64,000 nucleotides of DNA from an uncultured delta proteobacterium (lineage in GTDB: Bacteria; Myxococcota; Myxococcia; Myxococcales; Anaeromyxobacteraceae), in NCBI GenBank assembly GCA_963766715.1, contig CAVYBH010000007.1:32001-96000 (forward strand), in the 5' to 3' direction. Made by a program: the position numbers and the translations under genes. The notes beneath the pieces were generated by a model. That model ran no database searches. It was not told the origin of the DNA and was given only the letters and a program-made list of their open reading frames with translations. The first letter of the stretch is position 1. The number at the start of each line of letters is the position of its first letter. Shown in pieces: positions 11,935-23,203 of the stretch.

Positions 11935-13248
11935 ATGCCCGCCTCCCCCTCCGCGCCCGCCGCCCCCACGTCCAGCCTCACCGACCTCAAGCACCGGAAG
12001 GTCGCGGAGCTCGCCCTCCTCGCCCGGGAGCTCGGCATCGAGGCCGCCGGGGCGATGAAGAAGCAGGACCTCATCTTCGCCATCCTCCAGGCCGAGTCGA
12101 AGAAGGCCGAGGAGAAGGAGGAGGAGATGGAGGTCGCCAGCGAGGGGACCATCGAGGTGCTGCCGGACGGCTTCGGGTTCCTGCGCAGCGCCGACTTCAG
12201 CTACCTCCCCGGTCCCGACGACATCTACGTGTCCCCCTCGCAGATCCGCCGCTTCAACCTGCGCACCGGGGACACGCTGCGCGGCACCGTCCGCCAGCCC
12301 AAGGAGGGCGAGCGGTACTTCGCGCTCCTCCGGGTCGACTCCATCAACGGCGAGCCGCCCGAGGAGGGGCAGAGCAAGGCCCTCTTCGACAACCTGACGC
12401 CGCTCTATCCCACCGAGCGGCTCCGCCTGGAGAGCGACCCCAACGAGATGACCACCCGGGTGGTGGACCTCTTCGCGCCCATCGGCAAGGGGCAGCGCTG
12501 CCTCATCGTCTCGCCGCCGCGGGCCGGCAAGACCGTGCTCCTGCAGAACATCGCCCACGCCATCACGCGCAACCACCCCGAGGTGACCCTCATCGTGCTG
12601 CTCATCGACGAGCGGCCCGAGGAGGTGACCGACATGGAGCGGACCGTGAAGGGCGAGGTGGTGGCCTCCACCTTCGACGAGCCCGCCACCCGCCACGTCC
12701 AGGTGGCGGAGATGGTCATCGAGAAGGCCCGCCGCCTGGTCGAGCACAAGAAGGACGTCGTGATCCTGCTCGACTCCATCACGCGCCTGGCCCGGGCCTA
12801 CAACTCCACGGTGCCCCCTTCCGGGAAGATCCTCTCCGGAGGCGTCGACGCCAACGCCCTCCACAAGCCGAAGCGCTTCTTCGGCGCCGCCCGCAACATC
12901 GAGGAGGGCGGCTCGCTCACCATCATCGGGACCGCGCTCGTCGACACCGGGAGCCGGATGGACGAGGTGATCTTCGAGGAGTTCAAGGGCACCGGGAACT
13001 CGGAGATCGTGCTCGACCGCCGGCTCATGGAGAAGCGGATCTTCCCCTGCATGGACCTCGCGAAGAGCGGGACGCGCAAGGAGGAGCTGCTCCTGCCCGC
13101 CGACTGGCTCTCCAAGATCTACATCCTCCGCCAGACCATCCTGAACGGGCTCGACAACGTCGAGGCCATGAAGTTCATGCTCGACAAGTTCCGCCAGGCC
13201 CGGACCCACGACGAGTTCTTCCAGATGATGGTCGGCGGAGGGAAGTGA
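11935..13248 (+). CDS. rho: Transcription termination factor Rho
   Basis: [27 protein letters not shown], Walker [24 protein letters not shown]. Confidence 0.98.
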   Translation: MPASPSAPAAPTSSLTDLKHRKVAELALLARELGIEAAGAMKKQDLIFAILQAESKKAEEKEEEMEVASEGTIEVLPDGFGFLRSADFSYLPGPDDIYVSPSQIRRFNLRTGDTLRGTVRQPKEGERYFALLRVDSINGEPPEEGQSKALFDNLTPLYPTERLRLESDPNEMTTRVVDLFAPIGKGQRCLIVSPPRAGKTVLLQNIAHAITRNHPEVTLIVLLIDERPEEVTDMERTVKGEVVASTFDEPATRHVQVAEMVIEKARRLVEHKKDVVILLDSITRLARAYNSTVPPSGKILSGGVDANALHKPKRFFGAARNIEEGGSLTIIGTALVDTGSRMDEVIFEEFKGTGNSEIVLDRRLMEKRIFPCMDLAKSGTRKEELLLPADWLSKIYILRQTILNGLDNVEAMKFMLDKFRQARTHDEFFQMMVGGGK

Positions 13249-13257
13249 CCGCCGTCC

Positions 13258-13286
13258 TTGACGAAACGGCCCGAAGCGACTAGATC
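13258..13286 (+). promoter_or_regulatory. Putative sigma70 promoter of rpmE
   Basis: TTGACG-17 bp-TAGATC. Confidence 0.5.
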
Positions 13287-13349
13287 CCCCGTTCCCGCCC
13301 GGACCACCGCGCGATCCCGCGCGATGCAAGAGGCGACTGGAAGGAAGTC

Positions 13350-13729
13350 ATGAAGGAAGGCATCCACCCCGAGTACAAGTCGTCGAAGGTGCTCTGCGCC
13401 TGCGGCGCCGTCATCGAGACCCGCTCCACGCGCGGCGATTTCCACATCGAGATCTGCTCCTCCTGCCACCCGTTCTTCACGGGCAAGCAGAAGATCCTCG
13501 ACACCGCCGGCCGCATCGAGCGCTTCAAGAACCGCTACGCGGCCACCAACCCGCCGCCGCCGCGGACTCGAAGAAGGTCGCACCGCCTCCGCCCCCCGCA
13601 CCGGTCAAGGCCGCTGCCAAGGACGAGAACCGCGCCGCCAAGCGCGCCAAGGCCAACGCCGGCAAGCCGAAGCCCGCGCCGAAGCCGGAGGCCGAGGCCG
13701 CCCCGAAGACGGAGACGCCCGAGGCGTAG
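13350..13729 (+). CDS. rpmE: 50S ribosomal protein L31 (Zn-binding type) with Lys/Ala/Pro-rich extension; probable 1-bp deletion near 13555
   Basis: MKEGIHPEY...CACG...[23 protein letters not shown]; shifted frame gives ...[40 protein letters not shown] ending just before a terminator. Confidence 0.92.
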
Positions 13730-13757
13730 GCCAGCTTCCCGGACGTCCGGCACGAAG

Positions 13758-13790
13758 AAGGCGAGCCCCGAGGGGCTCGCCTTTCTCGTT
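13758..13790 (+). terminator. Intrinsic terminator (possibly bidirectional) between convergent genes
   Basis: AAGGCGAGCCC-CGAG-GGGCTCGCCTT 11-bp stem followed by TCTCGTTT. Confidence 0.8.
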
Positions 13791-13806
13791 TCCGGGCCGG
13801 GATGAC

Positions 13807-14670
13807 CTACTTCTTCTTGGTCTTCGACTTCGACTTCGACTTGGTGGCCGTGTCGGTGACCGTGACCTGGACCGTGGCGCTCTTGCCGGAGGCGGACGCC
13901 GTGATCTTGGCGCTGCCCTTCTTCACGGCGTGGACCACGCCGTCCGCGGAGACGGTGGCGATCCCCGGCGCCGAGGACTTCCAGGCCACCGGGACGCCGC
14001 CGACCTTCTGACCCTTCTTGTCGAGCGCCGAGACCTTGAGCCCGAGGTTGTCGCCGCGCTTCAGGGTCTGCGTCTTCGACGGGGTGAGGCCGAGCTTCGC
14101 GAACTCCGGCACCTTCACGGTGACGGGCGACGTGGCCTTGAACGGACCCGAGGAGGCCGTGATGGTGGCGGTGCCCGGGCCGACCGCGAGGACCTTGCCG
14201 TCGGCCACGGTGGCGATGGCCGGATCGCTCGAGGCCCAGGTGATGGTGCGCGACACGGTGACCGGCTTGCCGGTGTCGTCGACGACCACCACCGACAGGA
14301 CCACGGTCTCCCCGGGGCGGAGGTCGCGCGAGGGAGGCGACAGGCTGACGCTGCTCGGGATCGACACCACCACCTGGGCGGCGCCCTTGATCTCGCCGAC
14401 GGCCGCGGTGACGACGGACTCGCCCGAGCGCTGCGCGGTCACGGTGCCGCCCTCGTCGACGGCCACGGCCTGGGGCACCGAGCTGCTCCAGGCGACCTTG
14501 ACCTTGGCCATGTCGATGGGCTGGCCCTTGTCGTCCCGGGCGACGGCCGCGAGCTTCGTGGTGGCCCCCTTGGCGTCCAGGGTGGCCTTGGCGGGCTCGA
14601 CCGTGACGGTCTTCACCGAGGGTCCGCAGGCAGCGAGCGCGAGTACGACGACGAAGGCACTTCTCCGCAT
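13807..14670 (-). CDS. Lipoprotein with three bacterial Ig-like (Big_2-type) repeats and a Lys-rich tail
   Basis: Lipobox LAAC; repeats WSSSVPQAVAVD, WASSDPAIATV, WKSSAPGIATV; GGAGG RBS; tail KSKSKSKTKKK. Confidence 0.85.
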   Translation of the reverse strand: MRRSAFVVVLALAACGPSVKTVTVEPAKATLDAKGATTKLAAVARDDKGQPIDMAKVKVAWSSSVPQAVAVDEGGTVTAQRSGESVVTAAVGEIKGAAQVVVSIPSSVSLSPPSRDLRPGETVVLSVVVVDDTGKPVTVSRTITWASSDPAIATVADGKVLAVGPGTATITASSGPFKATSPVTVKVPEFAKLGLTPSKTQTLKRGDNLGLKVSALDKKGQKVGGVPVAWKSSAPGIATVSADGVVHAVKKGSAKITASASGKSATVQVTVTDTATKSKSKSKTKKK

Positions 14671-14779
14671 GGCATTCCTCCACACCGGCCCTGTCCGGGG
14701 CCGGCCCGGCGCGACTCTTACACGACCAATCCGACACGGCAAACGGGTGGAAGGGGGGTGCCCGTTGTAGGATCCCTCC

Positions 14780-16201
14780 GTGACGCCCCTGGTCCTGATC
14801 GTCGACGACGAGCGCTCGAACCTCGAATCGCTGGAGCGGATCTTCTCGCGCGAGGGCTGGCGGGTGGCGCTGGCCGCCTCCGGGGAGGAGGCGCTCGCGT
14901 CCATCCGGCGGGACCGCCCCGACGTGGTGGTCACCGACCTCATGATGCCCGGCATGGACGGCGCCGAGCTGCTCCGGGCCGTGCGCACCATCGCGCCGGA
15001 GATCGAGGTCGTGCTCATGACGGCGTTCGGCACCGTCGAGGCGGCCGTGGCGGCCATGAAGGAGGGGGCCTACGACTTCATCACCAAGCCGGTGAAGCGG
15101 CACGCCATCGTGAAATCGGTCCGGCAGGCCCTGGAGCGGGCCTCTCTCGTGGCGGAGAACCGCGCCCTCCGCGCCCGCCTGGCGCGCTTCTCCGGGGACT
15201 CGGCCGAGGGCGGGCTGGTGGGCACCGCCCCGACCTTTCGCGCCGCGCTCGACACGCTGCGGCAGGTGGCGCCGGCCTCGGCGACCGTCCTCCTCCTGGG
15301 GGAGAGCGGCACCGGCAAGGAGCTCGCCGCCCGCCTGCTCCACGACCTCTCTCCCCGGGCGAGCGCGCCCTTCGTGCCGGTGAACTGCGCCGCCATCCCC
15401 GAGACCATCCTCGAGTCGGAGCTCTTCGGGTACGAGCGGGGCGCCTTCACCGGCGCGACGCAGCGCAAGGAGGGGCGCTTCCAGCGCGCCCACGGCGGCA
15501 CGCTCTTCCTCGACGAGGTCGGGGACATGTCGCCGGGCGTCCAGGCCAAGCTGCTCCGCGTCCTGCAGGACGGGGTGGTGGAGCGGCTGGGAGGCACGCA
15601 GCCCGTCCAGGTCGACGTCCGGATCGTGGCGGCGACCAACCGCGAGCTGGCCGCCGAGGTCCGGGCGGGCCGGTTCCGCGAGGACCTCTTCTACCGGCTC
15701 GACGTCGTCACGATCCGGATGCCGGCCCTGCGGGAGCGGCGCGAGGACGTGCCGCTGCTGGCGGCCTCCTTCCTGCGGTCCTTCGCGGAGCGCAACCGCC
15801 GGCAGATGGCGGGCTTCACCGACCCGGCGCTCTCGGCGCTGGCTGGCTACGACTGGCCGGGCAACGTGCGCGAGCTGCAGCACGCCATCGAGCGCGCCGT
15901 GGTCCTCTGCCGGGGCGACGTGGTGGGGCTCGAGGACCTGCCGGATCCGGTGCGGGCCTCCGGTCCCGGGAAGGGAGCGCCGCCGTCGAGCTCCCTCACC
16001 ATCCCGCTCGGTACCCCCCTCGAGGAGGTGGAGCGGATCGTCATCCGGGAGACCCTGCGCCACACGCGCGGGGACAAGAACCTCGCCGCCCGCCTGCTCC
16101 GGGTCGCCCCCCGCACGATCTACCGGAAGCTCGATCGGGACGAGGACGGGCGCCTCGTCGACCCCTCTCCCGAGGACGAGCCGGGCCCGGAACGCGCCTG
16201 A
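14780..16201 (+). CDS. Sigma54-dependent response regulator (NtrC family: REC-AAA+-Fis HTH)
   Basis: LIVDDE and DLMMP receiver, GESGTGKE, GAFTGA, WPGNVREL, C-terminal HTH. Position next to gspC resembles M. xanthus nla4 (from recollection). Confidence 0.95.
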   Translation: MTPLVLIVDDERSNLESLERIFSREGWRVALAASGEEALASIRRDRPDVVVTDLMMPGMDGAELLRAVRTIAPEIEVVLMTAFGTVEAAVAAMKEGAYDFITKPVKRHAIVKSVRQALERASLVAENRALRARLARFSGDSAEGGLVGTAPTFRAALDTLRQVAPASATVLLLGESGTGKELAARLLHDLSPRASAPFVPVNCAAIPETILESELFGYERGAFTGATQRKEGRFQRAHGGTLFLDEVGDMSPGVQAKLLRVLQDGVVERLGGTQPVQVDVRIVAATNRELAAEVRAGRFREDLFYRLDVVTIRMPALRERREDVPLLAASFLRSFAERNRRQMAGFTDPALSALAGYDWPGNVRELQHAIERAVVLCRGDVVGLEDLPDPVRASGPGKGAPPSSSLTIPLGTPLEEVERIVIRETLRHTRGDKNLAARLLRVAPRTIYRKLDRDEDGRLVDPSPEDEPGPERA

Positions 16202-16252
16202 CATTTTGGCGTCCCGTCCCGCCTGGCCGAAGGAGCTTTTGCCAGATTGGCA
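16199..16252 (+). promoter_or_regulatory. Two putative enhancer (UAS) sites for a sigma54 activator
   Basis: TGACA-TTT-TGGCG (16199) and TGCCA-GAT-TGGCA (16240), 41 bp apart. Confidence 0.55.
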
Positions 16253-16334
16253 GGAGGCGCTCCGGGCATCGGATGTGGGATGCGATTAGTCGTGTCGTTT
16301 CCGATGTTTGCGGCCGATGCCTCCTGGGGTATGG

Positions 16335-16350
16335 TGGCACGCTCGTTGCT
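16335..16350 (+). promoter_or_regulatory. Sigma54 (-24/-12) promoter of the gsp operon
   Basis: TGGCAC-GCTCG-TTGCT matches TGGCAC-N5-TTGC, 30 bp upstream of the gspC ATG. Confidence 0.85.
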
Positions 16351-16379
16351 CATTGGACTCCGGGGGCGATTGCCCGACG

Positions 16380-17372
16380 ATGCTAGACGTCTTCCTCAAG
16401 AAATACGGCTGGGTGGTCAACGCGATCCTCCTCGCGGCGGCAGCGTGGCTGCTTGCGAAGACGGTGAACACGGCCGTCGGGTCGGCGATCCGCCCCACCC
16501 CGCGGGTCGATCCGAACGCGGGCCAGGCGCCCCAGGTCGCCCAGGCCTTCGCCAGCCTCGACGTCGACAAGCTCTACCCGCTCATCGGCCAGAAGCCCCC
16601 GGCGGTCGTGACCCCGGGAGCCGCCGCGGACGCTCCGCCCCCGCCGCCGAGAACCTGCTCCGACATCGACGCGCCGCCCGTGCCCACCTCGCTCCGCGTC
16701 CAGCTCATCGCCGGAATCGTCGCCGAGAAGCCGCGCTGGTCCACGGCCGTCCTCCTGGATACGGCCTCGCGCACCACCCGGACCTACGTCATCGACGAGG
16801 AGGTCCAGGGGGCGAAGATCCTCTCCGTGGAGCGGATCCGCGACGACCGCGACGCCACGGGCCGCGGCTTCCGCGTGGTCTGCATCGTCTGCAAGGACGG
16901 CCGCAAGGAGTACATCGACTTCGACTCCGGGAGCGGAGGCGGGGCCCCGGCTCCCAACGTCGGCGTCGCGCCCGTGCCTCCCCCGGTCACCGCCGTCGCG
17001 GAGCCGGCCGCCGGGATCCCCCCGGACGGGATCCGCAAGACCTCCGACAACAAGTACGACGTGAAGAAGTCGGTCCTCGACGGCACGCTCTCCAACCTGA
17101 ACTCGGTCGCCACCCAGGCCCGGATCGTCCCCAGCTTCAAGAACGGGGTGGCCAACGGGTTCAAGGTCTTCTCGATCCAGCCCAACTCGTTCTACTCGGC
17201 CATCGGCGTGGAGAACGGCGACGTCATCCAGAAGATCAACGGCTACGAGATCAACTCGCCCGACAAGGCGCTCGAGATCTACCAGAAGCTGCGCGAGGCG
17301 CGGCACGTCACGGTGGACGTCGAGCGCAACGGACAGATCATTCGCAAGGAGTACAACGTCACCGGCCAGTAG
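16380..17372 (+). CDS. gspC: Type II secretion protein GspC (with PDZ domain)
   Basis: N-terminal TM, HR domain, PDZ GFKVFSIQPNS...GDVIQKING; first gene of the gsp cluster. Confidence 0.9.
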   Translation: MLDVFLKKYGWVVNAILLAAAAWLLAKTVNTAVGSAIRPTPRVDPNAGQAPQVAQAFASLDVDKLYPLIGQKPPAVVTPGAAADAPPPPPRTCSDIDAPPVPTSLRVQLIAGIVAEKPRWSTAVLLDTASRTTRTYVIDEEVQGAKILSVERIRDDRDATGRGFRVVCIVCKDGRKEYIDFDSGSGGGAPAPNVGVAPVPPPVTAVAEPAAGIPPDGIRKTSDNKYDVKKSVLDGTLSNLNSVATQARIVPSFKNGVANGFKVFSIQPNSFYSAIGVENGDVIQKINGYEINSPDKALEIYQKLREARHVTVDVERNGQIIRKEYNVTGQ

Positions 17373-17390
17373 CCGGTGCGAGAGGAACGC

Positions 17391-20162
17391 ATGCGATCGC
17401 TGCTCACCGCCCTCCTCGTGACCGCACTCGCTGCGGGGCAGGCTCCCCCGCCCGATCCCCTCCCAGGCGCCTCCGCCCGACGGCGCCCCCGCGGCCGAGG
17501 AGGCCTCCCCGGCCCCGAGCGAGTCCCCGCCCCCACCCCAGCGGCCCGCCACGGCTCCCGCGCGCAGGGCGCAGTCGGGCATGCGCGCCGGCGTCCCCGC
17601 GGCGGCGCCAGCGGCGGCGGCTCCTCCGGCGGAAGCCCCGGCGGCCGTGCCCGCACCGGCGCCCGCCCGGCGCGGTACCGCCCGCACCCGCGGCCGCGCC
17701 CGCCGCGCCGTCCTCGGCAGGCGGTCCGCCGCGCGCCGAGACCGTCCCGGCCGGACAGGCCGGCGGGACCGCCCGTGCCTCGGGCGCCTGCGTGCCGATG
17801 GAGGGCAAGTTCCTCCTCGCCTTCAACAAGGCCGAGATCCTCGACCTCCTCGAGCAGGCCAGCCGCTGGACCTGCAAGAACTTCGCGTACACGGAGGAGG
17901 TCGTCCGCGGGAAGATCACGCTCCTCTCCAAGACGCCGGTGACGGCCGAGGAGGCCTACGCGGCCTTCCTGGCCGCCCTCAACACGAACGGCATCGCGAT
18001 GTACCAGACGGGCAAGTACTGGAAGCTCGTCCGCATCGCCGACGCGAAGAAGGTCCCCATCCCCACGCTCGTCGGCGACGACGCCGAGTACCCGGCCGTC
18101 GAGCAGCCGATCACCAAGCTCTTCCGGATGCACTACGTCGAGCCCGACCAGCTGCGCGCGGTCCTGGGCAACTTCACCTCGCCGCAGGGCGCGGACATCC
18201 AGACCATCCCGCCCGACATCCTCCTCGTCACCGACATCTCCCTCAACATGCGGCGCATCGAGAAGCTGCTCGAGGCCCTCGACCGCCCGGGCTCGAACGA
18301 CCTCGTCCGCACCATCCAGGTGCAGTACGCACCGGCGCGCGACATCGCCGACAAGGTGAACCAGATCTTCGTCCAGACCCCGGGGCAGCCCGCCAAGGGA
18401 ACGCGCCGGCCGGTCATCGGCGGCGTGGCGGCGCCGGGCGCGGCGCCGGGCGCGCCTCCCGCCGGCGGCGGGGCCGAGTCGGCCGAGATCTCCATCAGCA
18501 AGGTGGTGGCCGACGAGCGCACCAACAAGCTCATCATCATCTCCGACGAGAAGAGCTTCCAGCGCATCATGGAGCTCGTCCGGCAGCTCGACACCCCGAC
18601 CGCGGGTGAAGGCACCATCCACGTCATCTTCCTCAAGAACGCCAACGCCGAGGACCTCTCCAACACCCTGCAGAACCTGGCCAGCGGCGCCTCGCGCCGG
18701 AGCGGAAGCACCCCCGGGGCGGCGGTCCCGCCCGGGGCCGGGGCCATGACCTCGCCGCCCGGCGTGTCGGCGCCCCGGTCGACCGGCGGCGGCTCGGCCG
18801 AGCTCTTCAGCGGCGAGGTGAAGGTCACCGCGGACAAGCCCTCCAACTCGCTCGTGGTGATCGCCTCCGCCTCCGACTTCGCGGTCGTGCAGCGCCTCAT
18901 CGAGAAGCTCGACCGCCCCCGCCGGCAGGTGTTCGTCGAGGCGGTGATCATGGAGGTCGACATCAGCAACACGAGCGACATCGGGGTGGGCATGCACCTC
19001 GCCGTCCCGGTCAACACGCCCAACGGCAAGGGGTTCATCCCCATCGGCCTCGAGCCCGGGAAGGTGAACTCGCTCAACCCGGCCTCGGCCCTCCAGCTGG
19101 GCGGCTTCCTCTCCGGACTCGTGGGCCCGGTCTCCGCGGAGCTGAAGGACATCTTCCCGTTCCCCAGCGTCGGCGTCGTCATCCAGGCGATCCAGTCCAA
19201 CTCCGACGTGAACGTGCTCTCCACCCCGCACCTCATCGCCCAGGACAACGAGGAGTCGGAGATCATCGTGGGGCAGAACGTCCCGTTCCAGGCCGGCTAC
19301 AACCCGGGCTTCAACACCAACGTGGGGACCTCCGGCACCTCGAACACCGCGACGAACACGCTCGCCAGCGCCTACGCGGTGAGCCTCATCGCCCCCATCC
19401 AGCGGCAGAACGTCGACCTCAAGCTGAAGATCAAGCCGCAGATCCACGAGGGCGACATGATCCGCATGGACATCGAGGAGTCGCAGGAGGAGATCGTCAG
19501 CAACGATCCCACCCTGGGCCCGACCACCGCCAAGCGGAGCGTGAAGACCAAGGTGGTGGTGAAGGACCAGAGCACCATCGTCATCGGCGGCCTCGTGCAG
19601 GACCGGAACCTGACCTCGGTCTCGAAGGTGCCGCTCCTCGGCGACATCCCCATCCTGGGCTGGGCGTTCCGGAGCACGAACACCATCAAGAAGAAGACGA
19701 ACCTCCTCCTGCTGCTCACGCCGTACATCATCCGCGACCAGTCGGACTTCCGCCGCATCCTCGAGCGCAAGCAGCGCGAGCAGCGCGAGCTCTACGAGCT
19801 CTACTACGGCAAGAAGCCGGAGTTCACGCTGGCCGAGGGCAGCAGCCGGCCGGGCCCGCTCACCCGCATCCGCCAGCAGGTGGTCACCGAGAACCAGAAG
19901 ATCGAGAACGGCGGGAGCGGAACGCCGACCGAGAAGACGATCAGGCCGCCCAGCTACGCCCCGGAACCCTCGCCGGCGAAGGTTCCGCCCGCGTCGCCCG
20001 TGACGCCTCGCGCCCGCACCGGCGGTCCCGCCGCCCCAGCCGGCGCCGGCGACCGCTCCCACCGGCTCGGCGCCCGCCGCACCCGTCCCGTCCGGATCGC
20101 TCGCTTCCCCGACACCGCAGGCGCAGCCCCCCAGGGCCAGCCTGCAGGCCGGGGTGCCGTAG
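17391..20162 (+). CDS. gspD: Type II secretion secretin GspD; frameshifts in Pro/Ala-rich termini
   Basis: Signal peptide, N0-N3 domains (ADERTNKLII), QVFVEAVIMEV, SKVPLLGDIPILGWAF, NLLLLLTPYII. Confidence 0.93.
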
Positions 20163-20171
20163 GGCCCCGAC

Positions 20172-21965
20172 ATGGCCACCGAGTCCGACATCGCCACCCT
20201 GGCGCGGCCCTCCCCGAGGCGCCTCCCGTGCCGGAGGCCGCCCTGCGCGGGCGGCCGCTCGGGGAGATCCTGGAGGCCATCGCCGGCGTGCCTCCGGAGA
20301 AGGTCGCCGAGGCGCTGGCGGCGCAGCAGGCCGATCCGGCCGGGCCGCGCTTCGGCGAGATCCTGGTGAGGGGCAAGCTGGCGACCGAGGAGCAGGTGCT
20401 CCGCGCCATGGCCCTCCAGCTCGGCCTCCCCTTCCTCGCGAGCATCGACGCGGCCGAGGTCCCCGCCGACCTGGCGCGGCTCGTGCCGATCAACTTCGCC
20501 AAGACGGCGCGGATCCTCCCGCTGGGGCGCGACGGGGACGAGATCCGGGTGGCCGTCGCCGACCCGCTCGACACGGCGGTGCAGGACAACCTGTCGGTGC
20601 TGCTGGGCGCGCCGCTGTCGCCGGTGGTGGTCCCGCCCGCGGTCATCGTCGACGCCATCAACCAGGTCTACGACCGCACCGCCGACCGTCACGACCGGCT
20701 CATGGAGGACCTCGAGACCACCGAGGACCTCGAGAGCGTGGCCCACGAGCTCGAGGAGCCCGCCGACCTGCTGGAGGCCGACGACGAGGCCCCCATCATC
20801 CGGCTCGTCAACTCCCTCCTCTTCCGCGCCGTGAAGGAGCGGGCCAGCGACATCCACATCAACCCGGAGGAGCGGGACATCTCGGTCCGCTTCCGCATCG
20901 ACGGCGTGCTCCGCGAGGTCATCCGCCCCCCGAAGCGCTTCCAGGCGTCCATCGCCAGCCGCATCAAGATCATGGGCGGTCTCAACATCGCCGAGAAGCG
21001 GCTCCCGCAGGACGGGCGCATCCGCATCAAGATCGCCGGCCGCGACGTCGACGTCCGCCTCTCGACCATCCCCACCGCCAACGGCGAGCGCATCGTCATG
21101 CGCCTCCTCGACAAGTCGGCGGTGCTCCTCGACCTCAGCCAGCTCGGCTTCGAGGACTGGCAGCTCGAGGTGATGGACACCCTCATCACCCGCTCGCACG
21201 GCATCGTGCTCGTGACCGGCCCCACCGGCTCCGGGAAGACCACGACGCTCTACGGCGCGCTCGCCAAGATCAACTCGCCGGACCTCAACATCCTCACCAT
21301 CGAGGACCCGGTCGAGATCCAGCTGAAGGGCGTCGCGCAGGTGCAGGTCAACGCCAAGATCGAGCTGACCTTCGCGAACGGCCTCCGATCCTTCCTGCGC
21401 CAGGACCCGGACATCATCATGGTCGGCGAGATCCGCGACCTGGAGACCGCCGAGATCGCCATCCAGGCCTCGCTGACCGGCCACCTGGTGCTCTCCACCA
21501 TCCACACCAACGACGCCGCCGGCGCCATCACCCGGCTCGCCGACATGGGCGTCCAGCCCTTCCTGGTGGCCAGCTCGCTCGTGGGCGTGCTGGCCCAGCG
21601 GCTGGTGCGCGTGCTCTGCCCGGCGTGCAAGCAGGGGTACGAGCCCTCGGCCGAGGAGCTGTCGCAGGCGAGCATCACCCCCGCCATCCTGGCCCGCGCC
21701 GGCAATCCCCGGACAGCTCTACCGGTCGGTGGGGTGCCCGGCCTGCCAGCGAACGGGCTACGCGGGCCGGACCGGGATCTACGAGCTCATGCTCGTGGAC
21801 GACGACATCCGGCAGCTGATCCTGAAGAACGTGGACTCGGGCACCATCAAGTCGCGCGCCGTGGCGGGCGGCATGATGACGCTCCTCGAGCACGGCGCCT
21901 ACAAGGTCGCGATGGGCGAGACCACCGCGGCCGAGGTGCTCTCGGTGACGGCGGAAGACATCTAA
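20172..21965 (+). CDS. gspE: Type II secretion ATPase GspE; frameshifts near 20205 and 21720
   Basis: ASDIHI, RLPQDG, GPTGSGKTT, LRQDPDIIMVGEIRD, CPAC...GCPAC, GRTGIYE. Confidence 0.95.
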
Positions 21966-21974
21966 GAACCCCCC

Positions 21975-23201
21975 ATGCCCGTGTTCGCGTACAAGGCGCT
22001 CGACCAGAGCGGGAAGAGCGTCGACGGCCTCAAGGAGGCCGACTCCCCGCGCACGCTCCGCACCGTGCTCCGGCGGGACGGGCTCTTCCTCACCGAGGTC
22101 ACCGGGGAGAAGCAGGCCAAGTCCGCCTCGCCGGAGGTGAACGTCCGGCGCTGGGTCGGCGGCCGGGTGAAGTCCGACGACGTCGCCGTGGCCACGCGGC
22201 AGCTGGCCGTGCTGGTGAACGCCGGCATCCCGCTGGTGGACGCGCTCACCGCGCTCGTCGAGCAGGTCGACCACGAGCGGCTGAAGCGGGTGCTCTCGGC
22301 CGTGAAGCAGCGGGTCAACGAGGGCTCGTCGCTCGCCGAGGCGCTGGGGCAGCACCCCAAGGCCTTCAGCAACCTCTACGTGAACATGATCCGGGCCGGC
22401 GAGTCGTCGGGCGCCCTCGACGTGGTGCTCTTCCGGCTCGCCGACTTCACCGAGAACCAGGCCCGGCTCCGCTCCAAGGTGATCGGCACGCTCACCTACC
22501 CGGCGGCGATGCTCGTCATCATGTCGGTGATCATGGGGATCCTCTTCACGGTGGTCATCCCCAAGATCACCAAGGTCTTCGAGGACACCAAGGTCGTCCT
22601 CCCCTGGACCACCCGCGCCCTGATCGGCTTCTCCACCTTCGTCCACGACTTCTGGTGGGCGCTCGCCCTGCTCGTCGCGGGCGCGATCTACCTCTTCCTC
22701 CGCTGGCAGAAGAGCCCGGCCGGGCGCGCCCGCTGGGACATCTGGGTCCTCCAGGCCCCCATCTTCGGCCCGCTGGTGCGCCAGATCGCCGTGGCGCGCT
22801 TCTCGAAGACCCTCGCCACCCTGCTGAAGAGCGGCGTGCCGCTCCTCACCGCGATGGACATCGTCCGGAACATCGTGGGCAACACGCGGCTGGCCGCCGT
22901 CATCGAGGAGGCCCGGGAGTCGATCAAGGAGGGGGAGAGCATCGCGGCGCCGCTCAAGCGGTCCGGCGAGTTTCCACCATTGGTGTACCACATGGTCGCG
23001 ATCGGCGAGAAGTCGGGCGAGCTCGAGGAGATGCTCGGGAACGTCGCCAGCGCCTACGACAACCAGGTGGAGACCAAGATCGCCGCGCTCACGTCGCTGC
23101 TCGAGCCCATCATGATCGTGGTGATGGGCGTGGCGGTGGCCTTCATCGTCTTCTCGATCCTGATGCCCATTCTCCAGATCAACACCCTCGCAGGAGGCTA
23201 G
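21975..23201 (+). CDS. gspF: Type II secretion inner membrane protein GspF
   Basis: AGESSGALD, TLTYP, GEKSGELE, LLEPIMI. Confidence 0.95.
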   Translation: MPVFAYKALDQSGKSVDGLKEADSPRTLRTVLRRDGLFLTEVTGEKQAKSASPEVNVRRWVGGRVKSDDVAVATRQLAVLVNAGIPLVDALTALVEQVDHERLKRVLSAVKQRVNEGSSLAEALGQHPKAFSNLYVNMIRAGESSGALDVVLFRLADFTENQARLRSKVIGTLTYPAAMLVIMSVIMGILFTVVIPKITKVFEDTKVVLPWTTRALIGFSTFVHDFWWALALLVAGAIYLFLRWQKSPAGRARWDIWVLQAPIFGPLVRQIAVARFSKTLATLLKSGVPLLTAMDIVRNIVGNTRLAAVIEEARESIKEGESIAAPLKRSGEFPPLVYHMVAIGEKSGELEEMLGNVASAYDNQVETKIAALTSLLEPIMIVVMGVAVAFIVFSILMPILQINTLAGG

Positions 23202-23203
23202 CC

